A DNA stretch of 64,000 nt. Source: Nitrospirota bacterium (GTDB lineage: Bacteria; Nitrospirota; Nitrospiria; JACQBW01). Made by a program: the position numbers and the translations under genes. Positions 41,884 through 51,578 of this stretch are shown here, in pieces; positions within the stretch are counted from its first letter, which is position 1, and the number at the start of each line of letters is the position of its first letter. The stretch is taken from the NCBI GenBank assembly GCA_016178585.1, contig JACOTA010000013.1, positions 3,183 to 67,182 of the forward strand, read 5' to 3'. The notes beneath the pieces are model-generated. The model worked only from the letters and a program-made list of their open reading frames with translations, had not been told where the DNA came from and searched no databases.

Positions 41884-41962
41884 TATATTCAGGGGTCTTC
41901 GAGAAAAACACTCTCAATGCCCCCGAACCCCGCGTTACGCACTGGCAAAGCCAGTTGCTTCA
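41884..41962 (-). repeat. F1 element, copy 5 (FAD-oxidoreductase|gcvH)
   Basis: Same conserved ends. Confidence 0.8.
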
Positions 41963-41982
41963 CTTATTAGAATTGAATATGT

Positions 41983-43416
41983 TTAAGGGTTTATTCCTCT
42001 TTTTTTAACGATATGAGCAACATCGTACCCTCTCTTAATCAAAAAGGGATTGATCAAAACATCCGAAACCGGATGAGGGAGAAAATAAAAAGATTTATCC
42101 ATTGAAAGAACAGGATAATTGCCCTTTTGCAAAAAGGCCGCCTTCCGAAGCTTTTCTTTTGAAAGATAAGGGAAATTCCATTCTTTTTGTTCTTCCACAA
42201 AGCTTTTAATCCATTCAATTTTTCCTTCAACAAATGGCATCACCCAGATCAGGCGTTGTTCTATTTCTTTTTTTAACTCCTCCTCTGAAACCTGATTTTT
42301 GCTGGCGGGCAAAAAATATTGCGCCAAAACCGCTCTTTTGGAGGTAAAGCGTTTTTCCTCCATTGAGCCCGCTGTTTCCCCGGTTGCCAGGGAAAACATC
42401 AGAAAATTCCCGGAATGATAAGGAAAACGATCATTAAACTTCAAGATCAAACAATCTCCCATCATGGCAGGGATGACTTCTTCCGGTATTTCAAAATAAC
42501 CATTAAAAATCCGGACAGCCTTTTCTTTCGCGAGGCCTCCCTTCTCCGGATTTAAAATCAACACATCGCAACCCAGGGATTCTTTTCCTTTAAATTCAAC
42601 TCCTAAAATCCTGTTTTTTTGAAAAGAAAGGGAAGAGGGAGGCGTAGACCAGATTTCTCCTTTATTTTTCTTGATCACTTTTAAAAAAATTTCTCTTAAT
42701 CCGGAAATCCCTCCAGAGACCATCAAAGGTTCGTTTTTTAAAACAAGCAACATTTTAAAAAAATCTAATGTCGAAATATCCCGGAGGGTATGATGAAAAT
42801 AAAAAAGCGAGAGCGCATTAAGGAAGTCAATGGGATCCTCCTCCATTCCCAGCGCTTTACAAAACTCCAGGGCTTTTTGGGTTTGTAATTTAAAGACCTT
42901 CGCCTGATAAACAAACCCCCTGGTCAATTGTTTTAAGACAGCTCCCTTCCGAATAAACGCCCATGGAGAGGTTGAATAAAGGAAGGGATACAGAATCGCC
43001 TCCCATTCATCCGATTTTTGAAACAAAACCCTAAGGGTTTGGACCTTTCCGCCAAATCCGGTTTTTAAGTCGTCCAGGGTATTTTCACGATCATGGTAAA
43101 GCGTAAATCGATAAAAAGACAACAGAATCTGCAAAAAGGATGACTTTTTTTTGAAAACCTCCTGGGTTCGCCTTAACAGCGGAATAGAAATTCCGATTTC
43201 GTTAAAGATTCGGTCCACGGGTCCCTCTCTCTCAAACCCTAACCCGATGGTCTGGGGAAAAAATGGGACCTCAACAGAAGCGGCCGGGTTTTCTTCAGGA
43301 AGAATGACAACTTTTTTTCCTGATTTTGATAGAAGGGCGCCCGCCACTAAACCGGATAATCCGCTGCCAATAATGACCGCATCGCTTCTTACCGCATATT
43401 TAAAGGGTTTGGTCAT
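41983..43416 (-). CDS. FAD/NAD(P)-binding oxidoreductase (phytoene-desaturase-like)
   Basis: N-terminal motif [17 protein letters not shown]. Confidence 0.6.
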   Translation of the reverse strand: MTKPFKYAVRSDAVIIGSGLSGLVAGALLSKSGKKVVILPEENPAASVEVPFFPQTIGLGFEREGPVDRIFNEIGISIPLLRRTQEVFKKKSSFLQILLSFYRFTLYHDRENTLDDLKTGFGGKVQTLRVLFQKSDEWEAILYPFLYSTSPWAFIRKGAVLKQLTRGFVYQAKVFKLQTQKALEFCKALGMEEDPIDFLNALSLFYFHHTLRDISTLDFFKMLLVLKNEPLMVSGGISGLREIFLKVIKKNKGEIWSTPPSSLSFQKNRILGVEFKGKESLGCDVLILNPEKGGLAKEKAVRIFNGYFEIPEEVIPAMMGDCLILKFNDRFPYHSGNFLMFSLATGETAGSMEEKRFTSKRAVLAQYFLPASKNQVSEEELKKEIEQRLIWVMPFVEGKIEWIKSFVEEQKEWNFPYLSKEKLRKAAFLQKGNYPVLSMDKSFYFLPHPVSDVLINPFLIKRGYDVAHIVKKRGINP

Positions 43417-43825
43417 TTAATCCCAAAGCATCAAAAAAATAAGGAATCTCAAATTGAGCGGATTCCTTTGAGTCAGAGCCGTGGACCACGTTTTCTTCAA
43501 TTCCCCCGCCAAACTCTCTTCGAATCGTTCCCTTTTCAGCCGCTTTCGGATCTGTTGCTCCCATAATCTCCCTGACTTTCTTGATGGCGTTTTCCCCTTT
43601 TAAGATCATTGCCACAATAGGGCCTGAACTCATAAATGACGTCAGATCATTAAAAAAAGGGCGGCTTTTGTGAACCACATAAAAACCTTCCGCTTGTTTT
43701 TTGGTCAAGTGCAGCATTTTTAAACCAATGACCTGTAATCCGTTTTGTTCAAATTTTCTGAGGACTTCCCCGATGACTTTTTTTCTAACGCCATCCGGTT
43801 TGATCAAAGAGAGTGTTATTTCCAT
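43400..43825 (-). CDS. ndk: Nucleoside diphosphate kinase
   Basis: Motifs LSLIKPDGV and NVVHGSD. Confidence 0.9.
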   Translation of the reverse strand: MEITLSLIKPDGVRKKVIGEVLRKFEQNGLQVIGLKMLHLTKKQAEGFYVVHKSRPFFNDLTSFMSSGPIVAMILKGENAIKKVREIMGATDPKAAEKGTIRREFGGGIEENVVHGSDSKESAQFEIPYFFDALGLNDQTL

Positions 43826-43864
43826 TAAACCATCCTTCCTTTTAAAAAAGCCGTTTTATAAAAA

Positions 43865-44242
43865 TTAATCCTCGAAATAAGTGGCGGAGACCCCTTCCAC
43901 CTCCGACACGACGATACGTGACACTTCGAGGTCTTCCGTGTCAAGACGTTTGCTCAGCGTATCATAAATCCATCTTGATAAATTTTCACTGGTTGGATTA
44001 ATTTCAGTAAAAGGAAATACTTCGTTTATGCAGGATCGATCAAGAGGTTCAATCAGGCCGCGAAGTTCTTTTTTTAATTCGCCAAACTCAATGGAAATTC
44101 CATTGGGGGTTAAATCCTTACTTAAAATGTATAATTGAATTTTCCAATTATGTCCATGAATCTTTTCCTTCGCGCCTTTTATATTTCTAAGCCTGTGAGC
44201 GGCAGAAAAGGACTCCTCGATCATTAATTCAAACATAGCCAA
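43865..44242 (-). CDS. queD: 6-carboxy-5,6,7,8-tetrahydropterin synthase
   Basis: 125 aa PTPS fold. Motifs AAHRL and HGHNW. Confidence 0.8.
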   Translation of the reverse strand: MAMFELMIEESFSAAHRLRNIKGAKEKIHGHNWKIQLYILSKDLTPNGISIEFGELKKELRGLIEPLDRSCINEVFPFTEINPTSENLSRWIYDTLSKRLDTEDLEVSRIVVSEVEGVSATYFED

Positions 44243-44353
44243 TACCTCATAAAAAATAAAACTTCAAAATAACCGAAAAAGGTCTCCGAGTCAAATTTAA
44301 TTGACAAAAATTTTTCTTTCATATAATTTACAATTTGTAGAAGAGAGGAATCG

Positions 44354-45901
44354 GTGAAACAGAACAGGGCGGAAGCATGTAAACTCCTTTTTTTTGCGTT
44401 TTTCTTTTTCATTTCTATTTTTCCTTCTACAGGGTTAAGTAAAAATAAAACCAGCTTCCTTATCGCCGCAGACACTCAATCCTCTTCTGTCCTGCTTTTA
44501 AAAGCGAAATCATGTAAAAACAAACTCCTTCACTCGCAAAAAAAAAGAATCCGGTCAAAATGGCTCTTGTGCGTCCTGGTTTATCAACAGGCATTAAAAC
44601 AAAAACCCTCCGAAGAAGTTCAACTCGAGGCCTATACAGACTTGACTGATCTTTACCACCAGTTAGGGCGGTATTCAGGAAAAAAGTCTGATAAAGGAAA
44701 GGAAAAATATTGGGAAGAAATGAAATTAAAATTGGCCTCCCGATCCAATCAGACCGGCTCTCCATTAATGACCCCGGAAAAGGCGGAGCAAATACCCGCT
44801 TCAGGAGAGATTTTTAATCTAAGAACCTGGAATCATCGGGAGTATCTCAGGATCGTTCTTGACCTTAAAGGTCCCGTCAAATACGAAATCCACGAATTTA
44901 AAGAATCTGGCGCTGTGCAAATTGATTTTCCCAAAACAACGCTTCAATCCGGGCTCAATCTTAAAGTGTTCCCGCTGGATAAAACCCAAATGCAAGCCCA
45001 ACTTTCCCAATTACCCGACCGTGCTCTATTGAGTCTCACCCATGTGTCATATAAAAGTTTAAGCGTAACGGAGCTTTTAAATCCCGGTCGATTGGTGATC
45101 GATTTTCATAAAACGGATGAGACTGTTTCAGCAAAACAGGAAGAGGATGCCTTGTCCATTCCACCGCCAAAGAAAACGCTGGAAGACCTTTCGTTTCCAA
45201 AGCCTGGAATCCATAAAATCATTATCGATCCCGGTCATGGCGGAAAAGATCCTGGCGCGATTGGACTTTCGGGATATCCTGAAAAGGAGGCTGTATTGGA
45301 CATAGGGCTCCGATTAAAAGAGCTTGTCATGAGTCAGCTCAAAGTGAATGTCATCATGACACGGTCTAAAGATGTATTTATTTCCCTGGAAGAAAGGGCT
45401 GAAATGGCTAATGAAGCCAATGTCGATCTGTTTATTTCAATCCATGCCAATTCCAGCCCGCACAGGACTACCCACGGTATCGAGATTTACCTGTTGGGTC
45501 AATCCTCCGATAAAAGAGCATTAAGGACAGCCGCCAGGGAAAACAATTCGACGGAAAAAGAAGCCGTCGATCTGGAGAAAAATCTTTTCTCGATTAAGAA
45601 AGATCTTACTCAGGAATACAAAAAAGAAGAATCCCTGGAACTTGCCCATATCACACGATCTTCTTTTTTGAATATTTTACGTCCTCTCTACCCGGTCGTG
45701 GACCTCGGTATAAAAACAGCCCCCTTCTATGTGTTGATGCATACCTCCATGCCGAGTATCCTGGCAGAGGTCTCCTTCATCAGTAATCCGGTTGAAGAGC
45801 AGCGTTTAAAAAATCCCGGTTATCGGCAAAAAATGGCTGAATCGCTTTTGGAAGCCATTCAAAATTACGTTTCTTTTAATTCCCCGCTGGCATCTTTTTA
45901 A
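44354..45901 (+). CDS. N-acetylmuramoyl-L-alanine amidase (AmiC-like, AMIN + Amidase_3)
   Basis: Motif IIIDPGHGGKDPGA plus a signal peptide. Confidence 0.8.
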   Translation: MKQNRAEACKLLFFAFFFFISIFPSTGLSKNKTSFLIAADTQSSSVLLLKAKSCKNKLLHSQKKRIRSKWLLCVLVYQQALKQKPSEEVQLEAYTDLTDLYHQLGRYSGKKSDKGKEKYWEEMKLKLASRSNQTGSPLMTPEKAEQIPASGEIFNLRTWNHREYLRIVLDLKGPVKYEIHEFKESGAVQIDFPKTTLQSGLNLKVFPLDKTQMQAQLSQLPDRALLSLTHVSYKSLSVTELLNPGRLVIDFHKTDETVSAKQEEDALSIPPPKKTLEDLSFPKPGIHKIIIDPGHGGKDPGAIGLSGYPEKEAVLDIGLRLKELVMSQLKVNVIMTRSKDVFISLEERAEMANEANVDLFISIHANSSPHRTTHGIEIYLLGQSSDKRALRTAARENNSTEKEAVDLEKNLFSIKKDLTQEYKKEESLELAHITRSSFLNILRPLYPVVDLGIKTAPFYVLMHTSMPSILAEVSFISNPVEEQRLKNPGYRQKMAESLLEAIQNYVSFNSPLASF

Positions 45902-45915
45902 GTGATCCATCCGTT

Positions 45916-46695
45916 ATGACCAGGAATGTCAGATTAACGATTTCCTATAATGGGACCCCTTTTCATGGGTGGCAGGTACAGCCTGATGTAAACACTATTC
46001 AAGGGACTTTAATTAAAGTTATTGAAAAAATTACGTCGGGGAAAAATGTCAATTTAATCGGCGCCGGGCGGACAGATGCCGGAGTCCATGCTTTAGGACA
46101 GGTGGCTAATTTTAAGACCGAAAAAACTTTGACGGAAAAAAAGTGGAAGGCCGCGCTAAATGGTCTGCTTCCGCCTGAAATTGTCGTATGGAAAGTCGAA
46201 TTTGTGCCGGACGGTTTCCATTCCCGCTACACGGCCATTGATAAAACCTACGCCTATCATATCGGTTTTCAAAAATCACCGTTTTTATTCGATAGAGAAT
46301 GGACTTTTAGCCGTCCACTTAAACTTCCGGCCATGAAAAAAGCGCTCTCTTTTTTAGCCGGAAAACATGATTTTACCTCTTTTGCTTCTTCATTATCGGA
46401 ATCGGAGACCAAAATCTGCCATTTAAAAAAATACGAGATTGTTCAAAACCGTCATTCGCTGATCTTCAGGTTGACCGCGAACCGTTTTTTAACGCATATG
46501 GTACGAAATATCGTCGGAACGCTCGTGGAGGTTGGTTTAGGTAAAATAAAACCCGCTGAAATTAAACAAATTCTAGAACTGAAAGACCGGAAAAAAGCGG
46601 GACCGACAGCGCCCCCTCATGGGCTTTATCTGGTCGAAGTCAAGTACCGGAAAAGGCTATCAGAGGGGCTCGCGTCGCCCCCTCCACTGGCATAG
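45916..46695 (+). CDS. truA: tRNA pseudouridine(38-40) synthase
   Basis: Motif GAGRTDAGVHALGQV. Confidence 0.9.
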   Translation: MTRNVRLTISYNGTPFHGWQVQPDVNTIQGTLIKVIEKITSGKNVNLIGAGRTDAGVHALGQVANFKTEKTLTEKKWKAALNGLLPPEIVVWKVEFVPDGFHSRYTAIDKTYAYHIGFQKSPFLFDREWTFSRPLKLPAMKKALSFLAGKHDFTSFASSLSESETKICHLKKYEIVQNRHSLIFRLTANRFLTHMVRNIVGTLVEVGLGKIKPAEIKQILELKDRKKAGPTAPPHGLYLVEVKYRKRLSEGLASPPPLA

Positions 46696-46755
46696 CCAGC
46701 TGGAGCCTCCCCGTCTCGCTCGCTTCCGCTCGCTAGGTTAAGCCTCTGAGTGGAT

Positions 46756-47421
46756 TTAAGAGGAATGGTGTTTTTTGGGGTTTTTTGCTTCATGATCTTG
46801 AATCAAGGAACGGAGTTCTGCCAATTCGAGCTCAAGCTGATCCAAACGGTCTGAAATCGGATCGGGTAAATCCCCATGGTTCATATTAAGAAGAGAGGGC
46901 TTCGTTTCACGAATCTTTAATATTCTTCCCGGAACGCCGACAACAGTCGAATAAGGGGGAACCGATTTTAAGACCACCGAATTGGCCCCTATTTTCACCC
47001 CTTCACCAATGGTGATCCCGCCAAGGATTTTTGCTCCGACACCAACCATGACGTTATCTCCGAGAGTGGGATGGCGCTTGCCCCGTTCTTTTCCAGTTCC
47101 TCCCAATGTCACCCCCTGAAAAAGGGTCACATTCTCTCCGATTTCGGTTGTTTCACCCACAACAACCCCCATGCCGTGATCAATGAAGAAACCTGCTCCA
47201 ATCCTTGCTCCCGGATGAATTTCAATTCCGGTTAAAAACCTGGCAAACTGGGATAACACTCTGGGTAAAAGCGGAATTTTAAAAGTCCATAACACGTGAG
47301 CAAAACGATAGAGTAAAACGGCATGAAATCCGGAATAGGTCAGAAACACCTCAAATCTGTTAACAGCCGCGGGATCTCTTTCAAAAATGGCTTTAAAGTC
47401 TTTTTTGATCTTGTTCCACAT
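46756..47421 (-). CDS. cysE: Serine O-acetyltransferase
   Basis: Hexapeptide repeats. N-terminal SAT motif. Confidence 0.8.
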   Translation of the reverse strand: MWNKIKKDFKAIFERDPAAVNRFEVFLTYSGFHAVLLYRFAHVLWTFKIPLLPRVLSQFARFLTGIEIHPGARIGAGFFIDHGMGVVVGETTEIGENVTLFQGVTLGGTGKERGKRHPTLGDNVMVGVGAKILGGITIGEGVKIGANSVVLKSVPPYSTVVGVPGRILKIRETKPSLLNMNHGDLPDPISDRLDQLELELAELRSLIQDHEAKNPKKHHSS

Positions 47422-47924
47422 TACTGAGTTAATTCCTCCAGGCGGGAAAGGATGCAGGCCGCGTGTGCCGCGATTCCCTCTCCCCTCCCGATGGCATCTA
47501 ATTTTTCCGCGGTCTTTGCCTTTATATTGACTTTTTTTTCTTCGATATGAAGCGTTTTGGCAAGCGTAAATTTCATTTGGGGCATAAAAGGAGCCAACTT
47601 CGGTTCCTGCGCGATAACAATGGTATCCAGATTTTCAATGCCCATTTCATTTTTCACCAAAAGCTCTTGTATTTCTTCAAGAATGATCAGACTCGACATT
47701 CCTTTATATTTCGGATTCGTATCAGGATAATAATGCCCGATATCGCCCAGACCGAGCCCCCCCAGCAGAGCATCGGCTACCGCATGGATTAAGACATCTC
47801 CATCGGAATGACCCAGGAGTCCTTTTTCGAATGGAATCGATATTCCGCCTATGACCAATGGCCTTCCCGGAACAAGCCGGTGTATGTCGTACCCAATTCC
47901 GATTTTCATTATTCTCCCGGCCAA
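47421..47924 (-). CDS. ispF: 2-C-methyl-D-erythritol 2,4-cyclodiphosphate synthase
   Basis: Motifs GYDIHRL and HSDGDV. Confidence 0.9.
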   Translation of the reverse strand: MAGRIMKIGIGYDIHRLVPGRPLVIGGISIPFEKGLLGHSDGDVLIHAVADALLGGLGLGDIGHYYPDTNPKYKGMSSLIILEEIQELLVKNEMGIENLDTIVIAQEPKLAPFMPQMKFTLAKTLHIEEKKVNIKAKTAEKLDAIGRGEGIAAHAACILSRLEELTQ

Positions 47925-47985
47925 TAATCAGGGGCCATGGGCTGCGTTCTTGCCTCTGCGGCTTGCGACCCGCTGACCCCCCTCC

Positions 47986-48684
47986 TCATTGGCCTCGCCT
48001 TTTTTGATATTGAAGGATCATTTCGCCAAGAATCAAATCGTCCGGAACGGTAATTTTGATATTAAAAACCGACCCTGGAAAAATTTTAACGGGGTGACCC
48101 AGTTGTTCAACAAGACCCGCATCGTCTGTCGCAGAAATCTGCCGGCTGGAAGCTTTTTCATAAGCCTCCCTTAAAAGGCTGAAACGAAAGGTTTGGGGTG
48201 TTTGAGCCTGCCATACCCCCTTCCGATCGATGGTATTTTGAATGAAACCCTGTTCGGTTTTTTTTAAAGTATCCCCAAGGGGAATACCGGCAATCGCTCC
48301 GCCGGTTTCTTTGGCCGCTTCAACAGAATTTTCAATGATCTGACACGTTACAAAAGGCCGGCAGCCGTCATGAATGACCACGAAATCGGCTGCCGGATCA
48401 ACGGCTTTCAACCCATTGAAAACAGATTCTATACGTTCTTTTCCCCCGTTGACAAACGTTAAAATCTTTTTAAAAGGAGAAGAAAGAATGATTTCCTCCT
48501 CCGCAAGTTTTCGGTCTGCTTTGGAAAGGACGACGACAATTTCATCAATGACGGGACACAGATTAAAAACAGCCAAAGTGTGATAAAGAACCGGCTTTCC
48601 TCCAAGGGAAAGGAATTGTTTCGGCAGGCCGGCATTCATCCTCGTTCCAAGACCTGCGGCCGGGATAATCGCCGCCACTCTCAA
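47986..48684 (-). CDS. ispD: 2-C-methyl-D-erythritol 4-phosphate cytidylyltransferase
   Basis: Motif AAIIPAAGLGTRM. Confidence 0.9.
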   Translation of the reverse strand: MRVAAIIPAAGLGTRMNAGLPKQFLSLGGKPVLYHTLAVFNLCPVIDEIVVVLSKADRKLAEEEIILSSPFKKILTFVNGGKERIESVFNGLKAVDPAADFVVIHDGCRPFVTCQIIENSVEAAKETGGAIAGIPLGDTLKKTEQGFIQNTIDRKGVWQAQTPQTFRFSLLREAYEKASSRQISATDDAGLVEQLGHPVKIFPGSVFNIKITVPDDLILGEMILQYQKRRGQ

Positions 48685-48691
48685 TTGAAAA

Positions 48692-49747
48692 TCACCTGGC
48701 TACCCGAAGCTCTTCTCTTTCCTGATCTTCTTTCAGCCGGGTAAAGATCATTCTGCCTGCGGTGGTTTGCAGAACGCTGGTAACAACCACTTCGACATTT
48801 TTTCCGATCCATCGTCTCGCGTCATCGACAACAATCATGGTTCCATCGTCAAGATAGGCAATTCCCTGACCCGATTCCTTACCCTCTTTAAGTATAAAAA
48901 CTTTCATCACTTCTCCCGGAAGGACGACCGGTTTTAACGCATTGCTCAGTTCATTGATGTTTAATACTTTTACCCCCTGAAATTCCGCAACTTTATTCAG
49001 GTTCAAATCATTGGTAATGACTTTGTAATTCATCCTTTTTGCAAGGGCGACGATTTTATCATCTACCTCTTTAATGGAAGGAAAATCATCTTCCACAATT
49101 CGGATATCTAAACCGGCCATTTTTTGAATACGGTTTAAAACATCCAACCCCCGCCGTCCTCTCGCCCGTTTCATGGAATCTGACGAATCCGCAATATGTT
49201 GAAGCTCATTTAAAATAAAATGGGGAATAATGAAAGCCCCTTCTAAAAAACCGGTTTCGCATAAATCGGCGATCCGGCCGTCGATAATGACGCTGGTATC
49301 CAGTATTTTACTGCTTAAGGGCTCTTTCTCGTTTTTAGAAAGAAAGTTAAGCGGCAACCACTCATTCCCTGTTTTAATCCCCAGAATCAGGCCTAAATAC
49401 CCGCCCGACATCAATAAACCCCAATGCCAAAGGACCAGAAAAGCTAAATCTTTTACAAAAAATGATTCCGAAATATGATAAATGAAATTGGAAGCGGCCA
49501 ACCCGAGCAGGAGACCCAATAAACTAACCAGCGAAACTTTTGCGGAAGTTTTTTGAAACGAATACTCAATCCCGAACAAAATCGATGCTAAAATTCCGCC
49601 TGCAATAATTCCCCACCATTCTTCAAAGAAACCAACTCCAAAACTCCCTTTTAAATAATTAAATAGATAAAACCCTCCAATTGCCGACAAAATGAAATAT
49701 AAAAGACGTATAATTTTCATCCTGCACCTCCCCCTCAAAGCTAGCAC
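48692..49747 (-). CDS. YacL-like membrane protein with PIN and TRAM domains
   Basis: N-terminal TM segments followed by PIN ([10 protein letters not shown]) and a C-terminal TRAM. The yacL-ispD-ispF order is conserved. The true start may be the internal MKIIRLL. Confidence 0.7.
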   Translation of the reverse strand: MLALRGRCRMKIIRLLYFILSAIGGFYLFNYLKGSFGVGFFEEWWGIIAGGILASILFGIEYSFQKTSAKVSLVSLLGLLLGLAASNFIYHISESFFVKDLAFLVLWHWGLLMSGGYLGLILGIKTGNEWLPLNFLSKNEKEPLSSKILDTSVIIDGRIADLCETGFLEGAFIIPHFILNELQHIADSSDSMKRARGRRGLDVLNRIQKMAGLDIRIVEDDFPSIKEVDDKIVALAKRMNYKVITNDLNLNKVAEFQGVKVLNINELSNALKPVVLPGEVMKVFILKEGKESGQGIAYLDDGTMIVVDDARRWIGKNVEVVVTSVLQTTAGRMIFTRLKEDQEREELRVAR

Positions 49748-49808
49748 CCGTCATTCAGGCCCTCAATTCATAAAAATGACCTTCATTAAAATAATAATCC
49801 TTTACTTC

Positions 49809-49837
49809 ACTATAACAATATTTTATTCAGACGTCAA
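49809..49837 (-). promoter_or_regulatory. sigma70 promoter (TTGACG-17-TATAGT) for the yacL-ispDF-cysE operon
   Basis: Minus strand: -35 at 49837-49832, -10 at 49814-49809. Confidence 0.45.
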
Positions 49838-49865
49838 ACAACGCAATTAAATCAATGACTTGTCG

Positions 49866-51371
49866 TTAAGGGATAAAAGTGACGAATAAAGTCCGCCCCT
49901 GTCTGTTGATCAGGAATAAAACCTGTGTCCCTTTGTTAATCTGGCTCATAATGCGATTGTAATCTTCCGTGTTTTTAACAACGATCCGGTTGATTTCCAA
50001 AAGAATATCCCCTCTCAAAATCCCTGCCTCTTCAGCAGGACTACCGGCTTCAACATTGGTAACAGCGATATGATTCCCCTTAAACGGAACCCCTAATCGC
50101 CGGGCCGTTTCAGGAGTCAGGTTCGTCACCTCCAGGCCGCTGATATCCCGGCTTTCTTCGCTGTTTTTACCCCCTTCCTCTCCGCTTGTTTTCACTAAAT
50201 CCTTAGGCTGTTCCCCAATATTAACTTCGATTGAAATCTCTTTTTTATCACGGATGATTGCCATTTTCACCCGGGTTCCTACCCTCGTCTGAGCAACCGA
50301 ATTCCTTAAGTGTCCGGGATTGTCAACCGGATTACCTTGATACTGAACGATGACATCACCCCTTTTTATTCCGGCTTTTTCGGCCGGGCTCTTTTCCATG
50401 ACGTCGCTCACCAGCGCTCCGGCGTTTTCCTTAATACCAAATTGTTTGGCCAGGTTGGGATTAATTTCCTGAATCGAAACCCCGAGCCAACCTCGAACCA
50501 CTTTGCCCTCTTTTTTGATACTTTCCAAAACAGCCCTGGCCATGTCGGTTGGAATAGCAAAACCAATTCCCATGTAGCCGCCGCTTTTGGAAAAAATTGC
50601 CGTGTTGATCCCGATCAGTTCCCCTCGAGTATTAACCAGAGCTCCGCCTGAATTACCCGGATTGATGGCCGCATCCGTTTGAATAAAGTCTTCGTAATCC
50701 GATATTCCGACATTCGCCCGTCCGATGGCGCTGATGATCCCCATCGTCACGGTTTGATTGAGGCCAAACGGATTTCCGATCGCCAGCACATATTCTCCAA
50801 CCTCCATTTTACTCGAATCCCCCATGGGAATCGTAGGAAGGTCCCTGGCCTCTATTTTGACGACGGCGATATCTGTTTTTGGGTCGGTCCCCAGTACCTT
50901 TCCTTTGAACTCTCTCTTATCGGATAGCAACACTTTAATCTCATCCGCGTTGGCAATCACATGATTATTCGTGATAATAATTCCATTGGATTCGACAATC
51001 ACCCCGGACCCAAGGCTTTGTTCCTTGCGCTCTCTCGGCTGCTCAAATTGACGCCCTAACTCGTCACCAAAAAAACGCCTGAAGAAAGGATCCTCAAAAA
51101 AAGGATTCGGTCCCATTTCATTCTTCACAAGACGGGTTGTCGAAATATTAACCACAGCGGGAGTCGCCGCTTTTGAAATTTCAACAAAAGTCTCGTCGGG
51201 TTTATGTAACCCCGGAAGCAGGGGCACTGCGGATTTTTTCTCATTGTTAACCGCCTTTCCGGAAGGGGTCAGGTTTAAATTCGAAGAAATTGTGATTCCT
51301 AAAATCACACCCAAAACAATCAAAAAAATCGAGATGGAAACCCATTTACGAACCGTTTTATAGTCTTGCAT
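49866..51371 (-). CDS. DegP/DegQ-family periplasmic serine protease (2 PDZ)
   Basis: 501 aa. Motif GNSGGAL plus a signal anchor. Confidence 0.85.
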   Translation of the reverse strand: MQDYKTVRKWVSISIFLIVLGVILGITISSNLNLTPSGKAVNNEKKSAVPLLPGLHKPDETFVEISKAATPAVVNISTTRLVKNEMGPNPFFEDPFFRRFFGDELGRQFEQPRERKEQSLGSGVIVESNGIIITNNHVIANADEIKVLLSDKREFKGKVLGTDPKTDIAVVKIEARDLPTIPMGDSSKMEVGEYVLAIGNPFGLNQTVTMGIISAIGRANVGISDYEDFIQTDAAINPGNSGGALVNTRGELIGINTAIFSKSGGYMGIGFAIPTDMARAVLESIKKEGKVVRGWLGVSIQEINPNLAKQFGIKENAGALVSDVMEKSPAEKAGIKRGDVIVQYQGNPVDNPGHLRNSVAQTRVGTRVKMAIIRDKKEISIEVNIGEQPKDLVKTSGEEGGKNSEESRDISGLEVTNLTPETARRLGVPFKGNHIAVTNVEAGSPAEEAGILRGDILLEINRIVVKNTEDYNRIMSQINKGTQVLFLINRQGRTLFVTFIP

Positions 51372-51578
51372 TCACTACTCCTTATATCAAATTTAAGACA
51401 TTGATTTATAAGCCATTAAAAAATTTAAATTTTTAAAACAAATGAGTGAGATTATTATATCGGATGTTCGGGTCTTAGTAAAGCATCCCCTCTTTTTTCT
51501 ATTCCTTGCTTCTGCCAGACAGTTTTATTTATGATAAGCTCATCTTTTAATTCATGATTAAACAAAAAGCAGGAAAAA

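Noticed and set aside
41884-41962. A 25-codon GTG-initiated small ORF within the F1 element (VKQLALPVRNAGFGGIESVFLEDP).
   Set aside because: The frame is interrupted by stops in other copies, for example TAG after 5 codons in the lepA|lepB copy. Conservation is at the nucleotide and structure level, not in the peptide.
41884-41962. The F1 element as a Rho-independent terminator.
   Set aside because: In mRNA sense the GC hairpin is followed by an A-rich tract (CCCCUGAAUAUAAAA), not a U-tract. On the opposite strand the U-rich tract precedes the hairpin.
51420-51470. Near-palindromic AT-rich tract TTAAAAAATTTAAATTTTTAAAA upstream of bioA as a BirA operator.
   Set aside because: No similarity to the TTGTAAACC-type bio operator half-sites, and pure A/T symmetry is common in AT-rich promoters. 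It cannot be supported from sequence alone.
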